A stretch of DNA of 30,536 nucleotides. Origin: a virus. Lineage: Duplodnaviria > Caudoviricetes. The translations under genes were made by a program, and so were the position numbers. Position 1 is the first letter of the stretch. Each line of letters opens with the position of its first letter. Positions 1 through 8,303 of the stretch are shown in pieces. The stretch spans positions 1 through 30,536 of the IMG/VR virus record IMGVR_UViG_3300017911_002356; one strand, 5' to 3'. Below the pieces are notes generated by a model. The model worked only from the letters and a program-made list of their open reading frames with translations. It was not told where the DNA came from and did no database searches.

Positions 1-1
1 A

Positions 2-301
2 TTATTAATAGTACTACTGTTGCAAGTTGATGATGTGTATGCCAAAGAATTGATAGTCGTAGGAGCCAAATGGTGTCCTTATTGCATCAAGCAGCAGGAA
101 TATATCAAAAATAATCCAGAAATTATTAAAAATTTTGAATATACATATATAGATGTTGATGAACATCCAGAATTAATTCAAAAATTAAATATTAAAGTAT
201 ACCCTAGTTCTTTTATCTTTGGAGACAATAATAAAAAGATTGCAGAACTACATGGCTTTACATCTAAAAATTTTAAAGAATGGATAAAGAAATATGAGTA
301 A
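2..301 (+). CDS. Thioredoxin/glutaredoxin-like protein (5' truncated by window edge, probable signal peptide)
   Basis: WCPYC redox motif, 'YIDVDEHPEL...IKVYPS' thioredoxin-fold signature; frame is open upstream of TTG at 20 and encodes hydrophobic LLIVLLL. Confidence 0.8.
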   Translation, partial: LLIVLLLQVDDVYAKELIVVGAKWCPYCIKQQEYIKNNPEIIKNFEYTYIDVDEHPELIQKLNIKVYPSSFIFGDNNKKIAELHGFTSKNFKEWIKKYE

Positions 302-488
302 TTTTACTAAAAATAAAAAAAGAGGTATGATTTTTGGTGTCTGTGCTGGATTTTCTGATTATACTGGCATTGACGTTACTATTATCAGACTAGCCACAGT
401 TTTCGGGGCAGTCGTTAGTGGATCTATTATATTCTGGCTTTATTTGCTCTTAGGAATTTTGCTGCCTAGCAAAGAGAATAATGATTAG
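294..488 (+). CDS. pspC: PspC domain protein
   Basis: 'MIFGVCAGFSDYTGIDVTIIRL' plus hydrophobic C-terminal helix 'YLLLGILLP' matches the PspC pattern. Confidence 0.85.
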   Translation: MSNFTKNKKRGMIFGVCAGFSDYTGIDVTIIRLATVFGAVVSGSIIFWLYLLLGILLPSKENND

Positions 489-855
489 TATTGCTAAATT
501 AATTAATCTACACAATAAGGCACGATCTAAAGGCACTATGTTTAGTGGGCCTAAAGAACCATTGGTAGAGGATGAACAATTATCTAGATATGCTCAAAAA
601 TGGGCAGAGCATATGGCTTCATCAGAAACTCTTCAGCATAGTAAGATGTCTTCGATTATGCAACTAGGCTTTAATAGAGCTGGTGAAAACATTGCATACG
701 GACAAAAGAATGAAGATCAAGTAATGAAAACTTGGTTAAATAGTTATGGACATAAAAGAAATATTATGAATAAAAGTTTTACTCATATAGGATGTGGATT
801 TGCTTATAACAAAAGAACTCTTTATTGGTGCGTTTGCTTTGGCAGAAAAGACTAA
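481..855 (+). CDS. CAP (SCP/YkwD-like) domain protein
   Basis: HNKAR, AQKWAEHM, GENIAYG, WLNSYGHKRNIM, HIGCG, YWCVCFG motifs. Confidence 0.9.
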   Translation: MISIAKLINLHNKARSKGTMFSGPKEPLVEDEQLSRYAQKWAEHMASSETLQHSKMSSIMQLGFNRAGENIAYGQKNEDQVMKTWLNSYGHKRNIMNKSFTHIGCGFAYNKRTLYWCVCFGRKD

Positions 856-864
856 AGAAACCGA

Positions 865-893
865 TTGACAAGTGACGATAGTTGTGATATAAT
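865..893 (+). promoter_or_regulatory. Consensus sigma-70 promoter
   Basis: TTGACA (865-870), 17-nt spacer, TATAAT (888-893); upstream of ORF 929 and tRNA-Leu. Confidence 0.85.
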
Positions 894-928
894 AGCGTAA
901 TTGGACTGACTTAACAAAGAGGATTGAG

Positions 929-1180
929 ATGAAAAGAAAACGATGTTCGGATGAAGATTTTTTGGATGCTGTTTATTCAAGTTCTAGTTATGCCGAAATT
1001 TCTGAAAAGACAGGACAGAAACTTTCTACAACAATGGCTAGATATGTTAGGACAAAAAATATACTAGCAGACCGTGGGATCTATTTGCCAAAAATGCAAA
1101 GAAAAAAACCTGTGAGAGCAAATAATATAGATAAAATGGTTGAGAAAGCCAGACTATTGCAAAGTCATTACAAATCATAG
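929..1180 (+). CDS. Small basic hypothetical protein, possible HTH DNA-binding protein
   Basis: 83 aa, GAGG RBS; 'SYAEISEKTGQKLSTTMARY' resembles helix-turn-helix spacing. Confidence 0.6.
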   Translation: MKRKRCSDEDFLDAVYSSSSYAEISEKTGQKLSTTMARYVRTKNILADRGIYLPKMQRKKPVRANNIDKMVEKARLLQSHYKS

Positions 1181-1199
1181 GATAAGGGAGTGGCCCAAA

Positions 1200-1283
1200 G
1201 CCGAAGTGGTGGAATAGGCAGACACAACAGACTTAAAATCTGTTGCTCATTTGGGCGTGTGGGTTCAAGTCCCACCTTCGGCA
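1200..1283 (+). tRNA. tRNA-Leu (anticodon UAA)
   Basis: Acceptor GCCGAAG/CTTCGGC, D-loop GG, anticodon arm ACAGA-CTTAAAA-TCTGT (TAA at 1234-1236), long variable arm, T-arm GTGGG-TTCAAGT-CCCAC, discriminator A; CCA not encoded. Confidence 0.95.
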
Positions 1284-1315
1284 TTATTGTATAACCTAAA
1301 CATGAAGGATAGCAC

Positions 1316-1639
1316 ATGGGATACGACGGAAAATTAGTTAATTCACATACTCCAAACCATCATAATACTAAGTCTTACTTTCAGGCTTTTGAGATTATTA
1401 CCTGTAGAGAGATTTCAGATTATGAGGGTGGTACTATTATTCAAGAGATTAAAACAGCGGAAGAATTCTTAAATGCTGATGAATTTGCGGTTGATCAACC
1501 ATTTTACAGAGTATTTGGGATCTATAAGCCAGAGTACTATAAAACAAGAAAAGCATTAGGAGATTTTTATAATGTGACTGATGCCTCTATTTTTATTGAA
1601 GAAATTACGGGAGTTCCCGTACATATCTACTCTTATTAA
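1316..1639 (+). CDS. Hypothetical protein
   Basis: 107-aa ORF with AAGGA RBS. Confidence 0.7.
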   Translation: MGYDGKLVNSHTPNHHNTKSYFQAFEIITCREISDYEGGTIIQEIKTAEEFLNADEFAVDQPFYRVFGIYKPEYYKTRKALGDFYNVTDASIFIEEITGVPVHIYSY

Positions 1640-1715
1640 TTCTAACAAACTTCTAACAATTTATCCTTGCCGAAATGAGTATTATAAGATATTCAATCAA
1701 GGCTCACTGTGAGTC
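1640..1715. promoter_or_regulatory. Candidate regulator binding sites: 11-bp-period direct repeat and imperfect palindrome
   Basis: TTCTAACAA at 1640-1648 and 1651-1659; GGCTCAC-T-GTGAGTC at 1701-1715. Confidence 0.35.
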
Positions 1716-1754
1716 TCCCGCCAAATAATCCCTCCAAAGCAAGAGAATATTAAT

Positions 1755-2150
1755 ATAAGAAATATTTTTACTGCACTCGTCCTAGCATCTGTTCTACTTA
1801 CTGGTTGTGGTCAAAGCATTAAGTATAAACCTTTAGAGCAAGTAAGAGGCAAAGTTTTATTGCCAAAAGGTGAACCTCTAGAGGGAGGTAGTATTATGCT
1901 AAAAAGAAAAGACAGTAGAGGAACCTTCTTCCTTGCAGAAATTAATAAGGATGGAACTTTTGAAGTAGATAATGAAATAATCCTAGAAGGCGATTATGAT
2001 ATTTATCTAGTATTTAAACGTACTACAGCAGAACGTAAGTATATTAAATACGTTCCAGCAAAGTATCATGAAATTGGAGAGGGCGATTCTGATATCTCTG
2101 TTACCTTAACTGAAGATAATCAAGACATTGTAATTAAACTTAAAGCATAG
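1755..2150 (+). CDS. Lipoprotein, carboxypeptidase-regulatory-like fold of the type common in Planctomycetes; no canonical start codon for the signal peptide
   Basis: Frame open upstream of the listed TTG start (1860): (I)RNIFTALVLASVLLTG-C lipobox, then 'VRGKVLL..GEPLEGG.I...EINKDGTF...GDY.I...VPAKY...S.ISVTL'; in-frame TGA at 1710-1712, no ATG; ATA at 1755 is the best start. Confidence 0.7.
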   Translation: MRNIFTALVLASVLLTGCGQSIKYKPLEQVRGKVLLPKGEPLEGGSIMLKRKDSRGTFFLAEINKDGTFEVDNEIILEGDYDIYLVFKRTTAERKYIKYVPAKYHEIGEGDSDISVTLTEDNQDIVIKLKA

Positions 2151-2153
2151 ATA

Positions 2154-2708
2154 ATGATTAATCACGATTATTTGGTAGACACTAGTTGGTGCGACTCTGG
2201 TGGATATTGCGATTTCCTGCCCATCAGAGGCCACCAAAATTTGGGTTTTAAATCTTTTAAGAATAAAACTAGGGCTAAAAAATCTCTGATTAATCAGCTT
2301 ATACTAAATAAGTTTGATTTTGCTCCTTCTGTTCTCACGCCACTCTGTAAAATAGCATACTGGTATGACCCAGAACTTTTAAAAACATGGACTCCTAGCG
2401 ACACTGTGACCAGTTGGGGCTATGTGACAGAGAAGGCTGTTCTATTTGATATTGATACTAAAATTCCATACAGGAAAATACAAAATTTAGTAGATAAGAT
2501 TAGAGAGAAAACAGGATTAAAGTTTTGGGATTGTCATATGAACAATATGGGCTACATTAAGAGAGGACAGAATAAAAAACTGGTATGCATAGATACTGGA
2601 TATGAAAGTTTTGAAGGATATTCAAATGCATGGGGATTTGAAGAACCGGGGCCAAAATGTCCCTACTGTGAAAAGTATAATTGTAAATGTCCTACTGTTT
2701 ATGACTGA
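2154..2708 (+). CDS. Atypical protein-kinase-like protein with C-terminal Cys cluster
   Basis: 'GFKSF' Lys, '[10 protein letters not shown]' (DxHxxN catalytic loop), 'VCIDTG' (DxG); C-terminal CPYC..YNCKC. Confidence 0.6.
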   Translation: MINHDYLVDTSWCDSGGYCDFLPIRGHQNLGFKSFKNKTRAKKSLINQLILNKFDFAPSVLTPLCKIAYWYDPELLKTWTPSDTVTSWGYVTEKAVLFDIDTKIPYRKIQNLVDKIREKTGLKFWDCHMNNMGYIKRGQNKKLVCIDTGYESFEGYSNAWGFEEPGPKCPYCEKYNCKCPTVYD

Positions 2709-2719
2709 AAGGAAAGGTT

Positions 2720-3142
2720 ATGTCTCAATGTTTATTGTTTGACATTAAAAAAGAAGAGTGTGGTAAAGATCAAACAAATACAAAAAAATGCACAAAATGC
2801 CACGAATATAAAAATGAGGAAGAGTTTTCTTGGCGTGGTGGAGAAAATTACAGGAGAACAGAATGTAAGGAGTGTCTAAAAAAAATGGCCTCGCAGGCCA
2901 AAAAACTTAGGGAGATTCACGGAGATGCGCCAGATGATTATGTTTGTCCCATTTGTGAAAAGGGAATTGTCGAGGTAAAAGGACAAGGAGGAAAAAGAAA
3001 TAAGACTTGGGTTGTGGATCATAATCATATAACAGATAAGTTCAGAGGATGGTTATGTCATAAGTGCAACAGAGGTCTTGGTGCGTTTAATGATGATGTT
3101 ACACTATTAAAAAAAGCAGTACAATATTTAGATAAGGAATAG
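2720..3142 (+). CDS. Endonuclease VII domain protein
   Basis: CPIC...[23 protein letters not shown] motif; N-terminal CxxC pairs. Confidence 0.85.
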   Translation: MSQCLLFDIKKEECGKDQTNTKKCTKCHEYKNEEEFSWRGGENYRRTECKECLKKMASQAKKLREIHGDAPDDYVCPICEKGIVEVKGQGGKRNKTWVVDHNHITDKFRGWLCHKCNRGLGAFNDDVTLLKKAVQYLDKE

Positions 3143-3150
3143 GTGTCATA

Positions 3151-3465
3151 ATGCCATATATTAAAGACGAAGCAAGAATATTTCTGGATGAATGTATTGA
3201 AAATATGACTCAATGCTTAACAGAGGGTAATGAATTAACAGACGAAGAATTTTTATCTATTTTAGGAGAAATTAACTACACTTTTAGTAGGATTGTTGCT
3301 GGTAGCATGGGCAAGGTTTCGTATTCCAAAATAGCCATGATTACTGGTGTATTAGAAAATATAAAACAAGAATTCTATCGTAGAATTGCATCACCATATG
3401 AAGATATAAAAATACTTCAAAATGGTGACATCCGAGAATATCTGAGGTTTAAAAATGGCAGATAA
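3151..3465 (+). CDS. Conserved phage hypothetical protein (MPYIK...KQEFYRR...PYED...NGD family)
   Basis: Recognisable motif pattern; GGTG RBS. Confidence 0.75.
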   Translation: MPYIKDEARIFLDECIENMTQCLTEGNELTDEEFLSILGEINYTFSRIVAGSMGKVSYSKIAMITGVLENIKQEFYRRIASPYEDIKILQNGDIREYLRFKNGR

Positions 3466-3730
3466 AGAAATTAATGAGCTAATTAAAAAAATTGAAAAAA
3501 ACCATAAAGACCTATTGACTAAGTATAATGTTCTAGTTAAAAGAACTAGCAGTATTATTACTACATTGGCTACCTTAAACGATAAATTGGATTATCTTGT
3601 TGAAACAATGTCTATGTTTGAACTAGTGGAAGAAGATGGTGATGCGGAAGAATATGAGGAATATTTTAGTCAATACGAAGATTCAGAAGATGACGATGAT
3701 GACGATGAGCATGGCAGAGGGTACGATTAA
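3455..3730 (+). CDS. Hypothetical coiled-coil protein with acidic tail
   Basis: 91 aa, heptad-like N-terminus, D/E-rich C-terminus. Confidence 0.7.
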   Translation: MADKEINELIKKIEKNHKDLLTKYNVLVKRTSSIITTLATLNDKLDYLVETMSMFELVEEDGDAEEYEEYFSQYEDSEDDDDDDEHGRGYD

Positions 3731-3741
3731 AAGATTAATGC

Positions 3742-3770
3742 TTGACAAGCCTAGTAGCCGATGGTATACT
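3742..3770 (+). promoter_or_regulatory. Sigma-70 promoter for rIIA/rIIB
   Basis: TTGACA (3742-3747), 17 nt, extended -10 TGnTATACT (-10 at 3765-3770). Confidence 0.85.
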
Positions 3771-3812
3771 TAGGCTATCACAGGACAATTTTCTTTTTTG
3801 GAGACTACACAG

Positions 3813-6437
3813 ATGAAACTTGCAGATCGCACCGTTGAAATTCACAGTCGAGGCATGGACAGTGCTAATCAGTTCACCATCGCCCAGACTAGCAAAATGT
3901 TTAAAATCCTTTCAGATTCTCTATATTCTGATAAGGTTATGGCAGTTATTAGAGAACTGTCTACTAATGCTTACGACGCTCATATTGCAGCAGGCAACAA
4001 GAATCCTTTTAAGGTAACTCTGCCTACCGCATCTAACCCTAACTTTACGGTGAGAGATTATGGTACTGGACTTTCTCAAGAGGACATGGAAGAACTCTAC
4101 ACGACTTATGGGGCTAGTAATAAGAACGACAGTAACGATTTTACTGGTTGTCTTGGTCTTGGTTCTAAGAGTCCATTTGCTTATACTAAGAGTTTTAGTA
4201 CCACTTCTTACTTCAATGGCAAAGCGTACAACTACATAGCGGCTATGGACGAGAACGGTGTGCCTAGTCTCAACCTATTCGGAGTCACTGAAACTGATGA
4301 GCCTAATGGTCTTGAAATTAGTTTTGCCGTAAAGCAGTATGATTATCAAGAGTTTAATCAGAAGGCTAAGAGAATATACCACTACTTTAAAACAAAGCCT
4401 ATTGTAGAAGGTTCGGTTGATTCTGATATGCAGGATCACTCTTACTCTTACCACAATTATGTGATTGATGGTGACGGTTGGAAGGTTGGTCGATTGTCTG
4501 GAGATAGTGGTCAATTTCCTTCGTCGCATCATAATGCTGGTGGAGTTGTTGCAGTCATGGGTAACATTGCGTACCCAGTTAGTGCCGATAAGATTATTGG
4601 TGAAGAAGAAGAAACGACAAATAGCAATATCCAAAAGTGGAATCGAACTTTCAGAAGGGCAGATGTTGACAACTGGAAGAACCTAGTCAGAGAGATTCTT
4701 AATGCTGGCCTATATCTACAAATCCAATTTGATATTGGCGAATTGGAGATGGATGTTAGTCGAGAAGGTTTGCAGTACACCAAGGGTGTGATCAATGTGC
4801 TGCGTAAAAAGACTCAAGAAATTTATCTGCAACTAAAAGAAGATATGACTACAAAGATTGCAGAATGTAAGACTCTGGTACAAGCATATCAGACATATTA
4901 TAGTCTAAGCGATCTTGCTGGCGGGTATAGTGCAGGTGCTAGTTGGACTGATCCTGAAGGCAAAAAGCATGAACTGTCTAGTGGTGTAGACCTTGAATAT
5001 AAACTAGGTAAGCACAAACAACTATATGCAATGAATTTTAGGTCTGGCACACATCGTAGTCGCAGGCTTGTTTATCTCACAGATAAAATCCATAGCGAAA
5101 CTCTAAACGGCAAAGGCAGTAATTACTACTGGAACGCATCAACTAGAAAAGATAAGATTGTATTTTTCCAGTGTGATACCAGAAGTGCTGAGAGTGCCAA
5201 GAAGATAGTCACCAAGTATTGCAATCTCAATAATTGTTTTGGCTATCTTATGATTGATAGCGAAAATCCTGAGACTGATTCTGGCAAGGGTTTTGACGAT
5301 CTCATTAAGGATGTTGGTGCTGATAATATTCTCAAGGTTTCAGACTATCGTAGTCTAATGAGGTCTGGGACTCGCAAAAGCGGTGGAACCTCTGGTAGAA
5401 TTAGTGCTGATGAAATCTTTATTATCTCAAACTCTAAAGATTGTGATAGTCATTGTAACCGCCTGTCTGGCAAAGCCCTTAATGATTCTGACCATCTTAG
5501 AGAATTGTCTGAAGAATTGCTTAGTGGTCTAGAGGATAGTGACCAGATTCTATATATTCCAATGACTAGATATGCGGCAGAAGAAGGCCATATCAGTATC
5601 TTTAATGTATATAGAAGGCTGTTGCATAAGGAAGAAAATAATTTACTCACTAAGATTTGCAAAAATAAGAATGTGTTTGCAATCAAGAAGGCTTCTGTAG
5701 CCAAACTCAAGAAGCAGGGATATAATCTTGTAGACTTTACCAAGTGGCTTAAGCCTAGAGTAGAGCATCTTGTGCAAAAGATTTCCAAGGCAACTGCCAA
5801 GTATGAGGCCATCATGGATTATTGTCAAGATCAATATAGTTCCAATGATGAATCTTGTACAACCAGATGGCATAGAACTTTTACAGACAGAAGGATAGCA
5901 TACCATGTTGTCAATATGTGTGGATTGAACTATCGAGAGATTATTCAGAACTCTAAACTGTCGGATCTTATTGACCAGTGGATGGTGATGGAATTTTTCA
6001 CTAACCATGTCATGGGAGATGAGAAGTTCAAGAGTATTAAAAAGGATGATTATCTTGCCCATATGACAAAGATTTTACATAAGTATGATCTGAATGGTTG
6101 CGATCCAGCCAAGATTAAAGACAATCATGTAAAACTAGTCAGTCTTTATACACAGATTCAGACGGTATATGGTTCATACGATGAATTTGACGTATCTGTA
6201 GATGTGTCGGAATATACCAGCAAGATTGGAAAAATGTCAGACCTGAGAAAAAATCTTCAAGCAGAGGTTGACAAATCACCGATGCTCAAGTATATTGTTA
6301 GTGCGGTCGATGTAGAAAGCATACGAGTGATCGGAAGAAAACCATTGGAATCAGACGGTTACTATGGATTCAAGAGTGACTGGTATGACAAGAATGATCG
6401 TGAAGGTTTGGGTAAGGATTTAGGGAAATTGGTTTAA
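3813..6437 (+). CDS. rIIA: rIIA-like protein (N-terminal GHKL ATPase)
   Basis: 'ILSDSLYSDK..AVIRELSTNAYDA', 'RDYGTGLS', 'GASNK', 'GCLGLGSKSPFAY', 'SREGL'; ATG at 3813 follows GGAG RBS; adjacent to rIIB. Confidence 0.9.
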   Translation: MKLADRTVEIHSRGMDSANQFTIAQTSKMFKILSDSLYSDKVMAVIRELSTNAYDAHIAAGNKNPFKVTLPTASNPNFTVRDYGTGLSQEDMEELYTTYGASNKNDSNDFTGCLGLGSKSPFAYTKSFSTTSYFNGKAYNYIAAMDENGVPSLNLFGVTETDEPNGLEISFAVKQYDYQEFNQKAKRIYHYFKTKPIVEGSVDSDMQDHSYSYHNYVIDGDGWKVGRLSGDSGQFPSSHHNAGGVVAVMGNIAYPVSADKIIGEEEETTNSNIQKWNRTFRRADVDNWKNLVREILNAGLYLQIQFDIGELEMDVSREGLQYTKGVINVLRKKTQEIYLQLKEDMTTKIAECKTLVQAYQTYYSLSDLAGGYSAGASWTDPEGKKHELSSGVDLEYKLGKHKQLYAMNFRSGTHRSRRLVYLTDKIHSETLNGKGSNYYWNASTRKDKIVFFQCDTRSAESAKKIVTKYCNLNNCFGYLMIDSENPETDSGKGFDDLIKDVGADNILKVSDYRSLMRSGTRKSGGTSGRISADEIFIISNSKDCDSHCNRLSGKALNDSDHLRELSEELLSGLEDSDQILYIPMTRYAAEEGHISIFNVYRRLLHKEENNLLTKICKNKNVFAIKKASVAKLKKQGYNLVDFTKWLKPRVEHLVQKISKATAKYEAIMDYCQDQYSSNDESCTTRWHRTFTDRRIAYHVVNMCGLNYREIIQNSKLSDLIDQWMVMEFFTNHVMGDEKFKSIKKDDYLAHMTKILHKYDLNGCDPAKIKDNHVKLVSLYTQIQTVYGSYDEFDVSVDVSEYTSKIGKMSDLRKNLQAEVDKSPMLKYIVSAVDVESIRVIGRKPLESDGYYGFKSDWYDKNDREGLGKDLGKLV

Positions 6438-6464
6438 GGTTTTTTAATCACAGGAGTTTTAATA

Positions 6465-7310
6465 ATGAGCGTTCCTTTTATGTGGGTTGACGGTAATTTG
6501 ACGGTGATCTTGGCTAACAAGGCTCACCAAGTTCTTCCAGATCATACAAATTACAAGTTGATTCTGGATTCTCTACCAACCGCAACAGAAGATGAGTTGC
6601 TGGGATTGGTAGACATTGAAAAAGCAGTTGCAAATTATAGCAACGGTCAGGTTGAAGTTAAGAACGGGCGAGTTCTCTTTGAGGGCGAAGAAGTTCATGG
6701 AAGTATTAGTAAGCGAATTCTAGAGTTTATGAGCAAGGGTCTACCTTTTGAGCCGCTCGTAAATTTCTTGAAGAATCTTATGGAGAATCCAAGTATGCAG
6801 AGTCAGACTGAACTGTATGATTTCTTGGAGCATGAAAATCTTCCTATCACTGAGGATGGACATTTCCTTGCATACAAAGCAGTCCGTAGCGACTTCAGGG
6901 ACAAGTGGAAAGGTGAGTTTGACAACAGGGTAGGTCAGGTCTGCACAATGCGTCGAGCAAAGGTGGACGATAATCGCTCAGTGGGATGCTCTCAGGGACT
7001 TCATGCTGGTGCATTGAACTATGTGGCATCATACGGAAGTGTTGAGGCTGGCGATAAGATCGTTATCGTTAAGATCAATCCTCAAGATGTTGTGAGTGTT
7101 CCTAGCGACTGTAATTGCGAGAAACTTCGTACTTGCAGATATGAAGTAGTCGGTGAATATCAGGGCGAATTGCTCAAGCCTCTTTACAAGAGCGAGTTTG
7201 CTGAAGATGAATACCACGACGATGAAGATGATAACATCTACGACCAGTATGATGAAGATTACTGGGATCAGTATGATGAAGATGACGAAGAAGAATACGA
7301 TGATTATTGA
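6465..7310 (+). CDS. rIIB: rIIB-like protein
   Basis: 'NLMENPS...ELYDFL...LPITEDGHFLAYKAV', 'CSQGLH', 'KINPQDVVSVP.D...KLRTCRYEV'; acidic tail; AGGAG RBS. Confidence 0.92.
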   Translation: MSVPFMWVDGNLTVILANKAHQVLPDHTNYKLILDSLPTATEDELLGLVDIEKAVANYSNGQVEVKNGRVLFEGEEVHGSISKRILEFMSKGLPFEPLVNFLKNLMENPSMQSQTELYDFLEHENLPITEDGHFLAYKAVRSDFRDKWKGEFDNRVGQVCTMRRAKVDDNRSVGCSQGLHAGALNYVASYGSVEAGDKIVIVKINPQDVVSVPSDCNCEKLRTCRYEVVGEYQGELLKPLYKSEFAEDEYHDDEDDNIYDQYDEDYWDQYDEDDEEEYDDY

Positions 7311-7323
7311 TTCTGTGATTGGA

Positions 7324-7369
7324 AGGGTGAGCATTTTGGGCTATGGCGGTTCGATCCCGCCGCATCCTC
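7324..7369 (+). ncRNA. Mini tRNA-like element (acceptor stem plus T-arm, no D or anticodon arms)
   Basis: T-arm GGCGG-TTCGATC-CCGCC (7345-7361); AGGGTGA (7324-7330) pairs 6/7 with GCATCCT (7362-7368); only 14 nt between them. Confidence 0.55.
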
Positions 7370-7387
7370 TGATAAGTTCTGTGTAGG

Positions 7388-7416
7388 TTGACTTTGAAGT
7401 GGCTACGGGGTATAAT
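7388..7416 (+). promoter_or_regulatory. Sigma-70 promoter
   Basis: TTGACT (7388-7393), 17 nt, TATAAT (7411-7416). Confidence 0.75.
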
Positions 7417-7463
7417 GTAGTAGTCTGTTGTACCTCATAGCCCTTCCTTGTCTGGAGAATGCA

Positions 7464-7859
7464 ATGAATCAAGAACCTGAATATGAAGATTATGATGATG
7501 ATGAACACAACTACTACCCAGAATATAATGAATATGGATATCCTAAAGACTTTAAAATAGATTGGGTTGCTTGGGAAAAATGGCTAAAAGCAGCAATGCA
7601 GGATATTGTATTCAATGATAATGGAGAGTGGATCGTATCATCTGGATATCTCCCGAACAAGCAACAGAATAAAGAAAACGAAATATCGCAAAAGTTTTTA
7701 TATTTTGGACAAAATCAATACGATGAGTCTATATGGAAATATAAATGTTTTATATCAAATTACTTTGATCAGCAATATAGAAATCACTTTATGTCACACG
7801 CATCTCACATTGTTAGACAACCAGTATATTATCGTGGTATGTTTGATATGTTAAACTAA
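7464..7859 (+). CDS. Hypothetical protein with acidic/Tyr-rich N-terminus
   Basis: ATG at 7464 after GGAG RBS, in frame with the listed ORF 7428..7859. Confidence 0.7.
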   Translation: MNQEPEYEDYDDDEHNYYPEYNEYGYPKDFKIDWVAWEKWLKAAMQDIVFNDNGEWIVSSGYLPNKQQNKENEISQKFLYFGQNQYDESIWKYKCFISNYFDQQYRNHFMSHASHIVRQPVYYRGMFDMLN

Positions 7860-7868
7860 AGGAATATA

Positions 7869-8303
7869 ATGAAAAATAATGGAGACTGGCTAGAAATTTC
7901 AGATATAAATAAATTTACTGACTATATTAGAAATATTGTATATATAAATTTTAAAGATGAAGATATAGATGAAGAAAACTATATAGTAGATATTAATGAT
8001 AGTTTTGAATCTCTAACTAAAGAAGAAATAGAAGAACTTGAAAGTGTCCTTGATAAAAAAGAATGCATTAATATAATCAAGGAGACTTCAAGAAAGATGA
8101 GACATAAAAAAACAAAGAAAATTAAGTACTTGATGGATGATAAGATACTCTATGATATTATAGAAAATATTAACCAAAGAATGGTTAGTAATATCATTAG
8201 TAATTTGGTGAAAAAGGGTTTACTTGAATCCGCTTTTGATGAAGAAAAGAACGACTTTATATTTTGGACAAAGGAAAATAAAGATGGCAACTCACAGACC
8301 TGA
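7869..8303 (+). CDS. Hypothetical phage protein
   Basis: 144 aa, AAGGA RBS; C-terminal 'LVKKGLLESAFDEEKNDFIFW'. Confidence 0.75.
   Translation: MKNNGDWLEISDINKFTDYIRNIVYINFKDEDIDEENYIVDINDSFESLTKEEIEELESVLDKKECINIIKETSRKMRHKKTKKIKYLMDDKILYDIIENINQRMVSNIISNLVKKGLLESAFDEEKNDFIFWTKENKDGNSQT

Noticed and set aside
1186-1198. GGGAGTGGCCCAA just before tRNA-Leu, resembling the 5' end of another tRNA
   Set aside because: Only 13 nt with no matching 3' acceptor strand or T-arm; at most a remnant
7200-7310. GATGAAGAT-type repeats at the end of rIIB (similar at 3640-3710 and 7480-7510)
   Set aside because: Low complexity explained by Asp/Glu/Tyr-rich coding tails; no repeat-spacer structure, not CRISPR
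3820-7386. Overlapping alternative-frame and minus-strand ORFs within rIIA/rIIB
   Set aside because: Shadow ORFs of well-supported genes in the higher-GC block; no recognisable motifs
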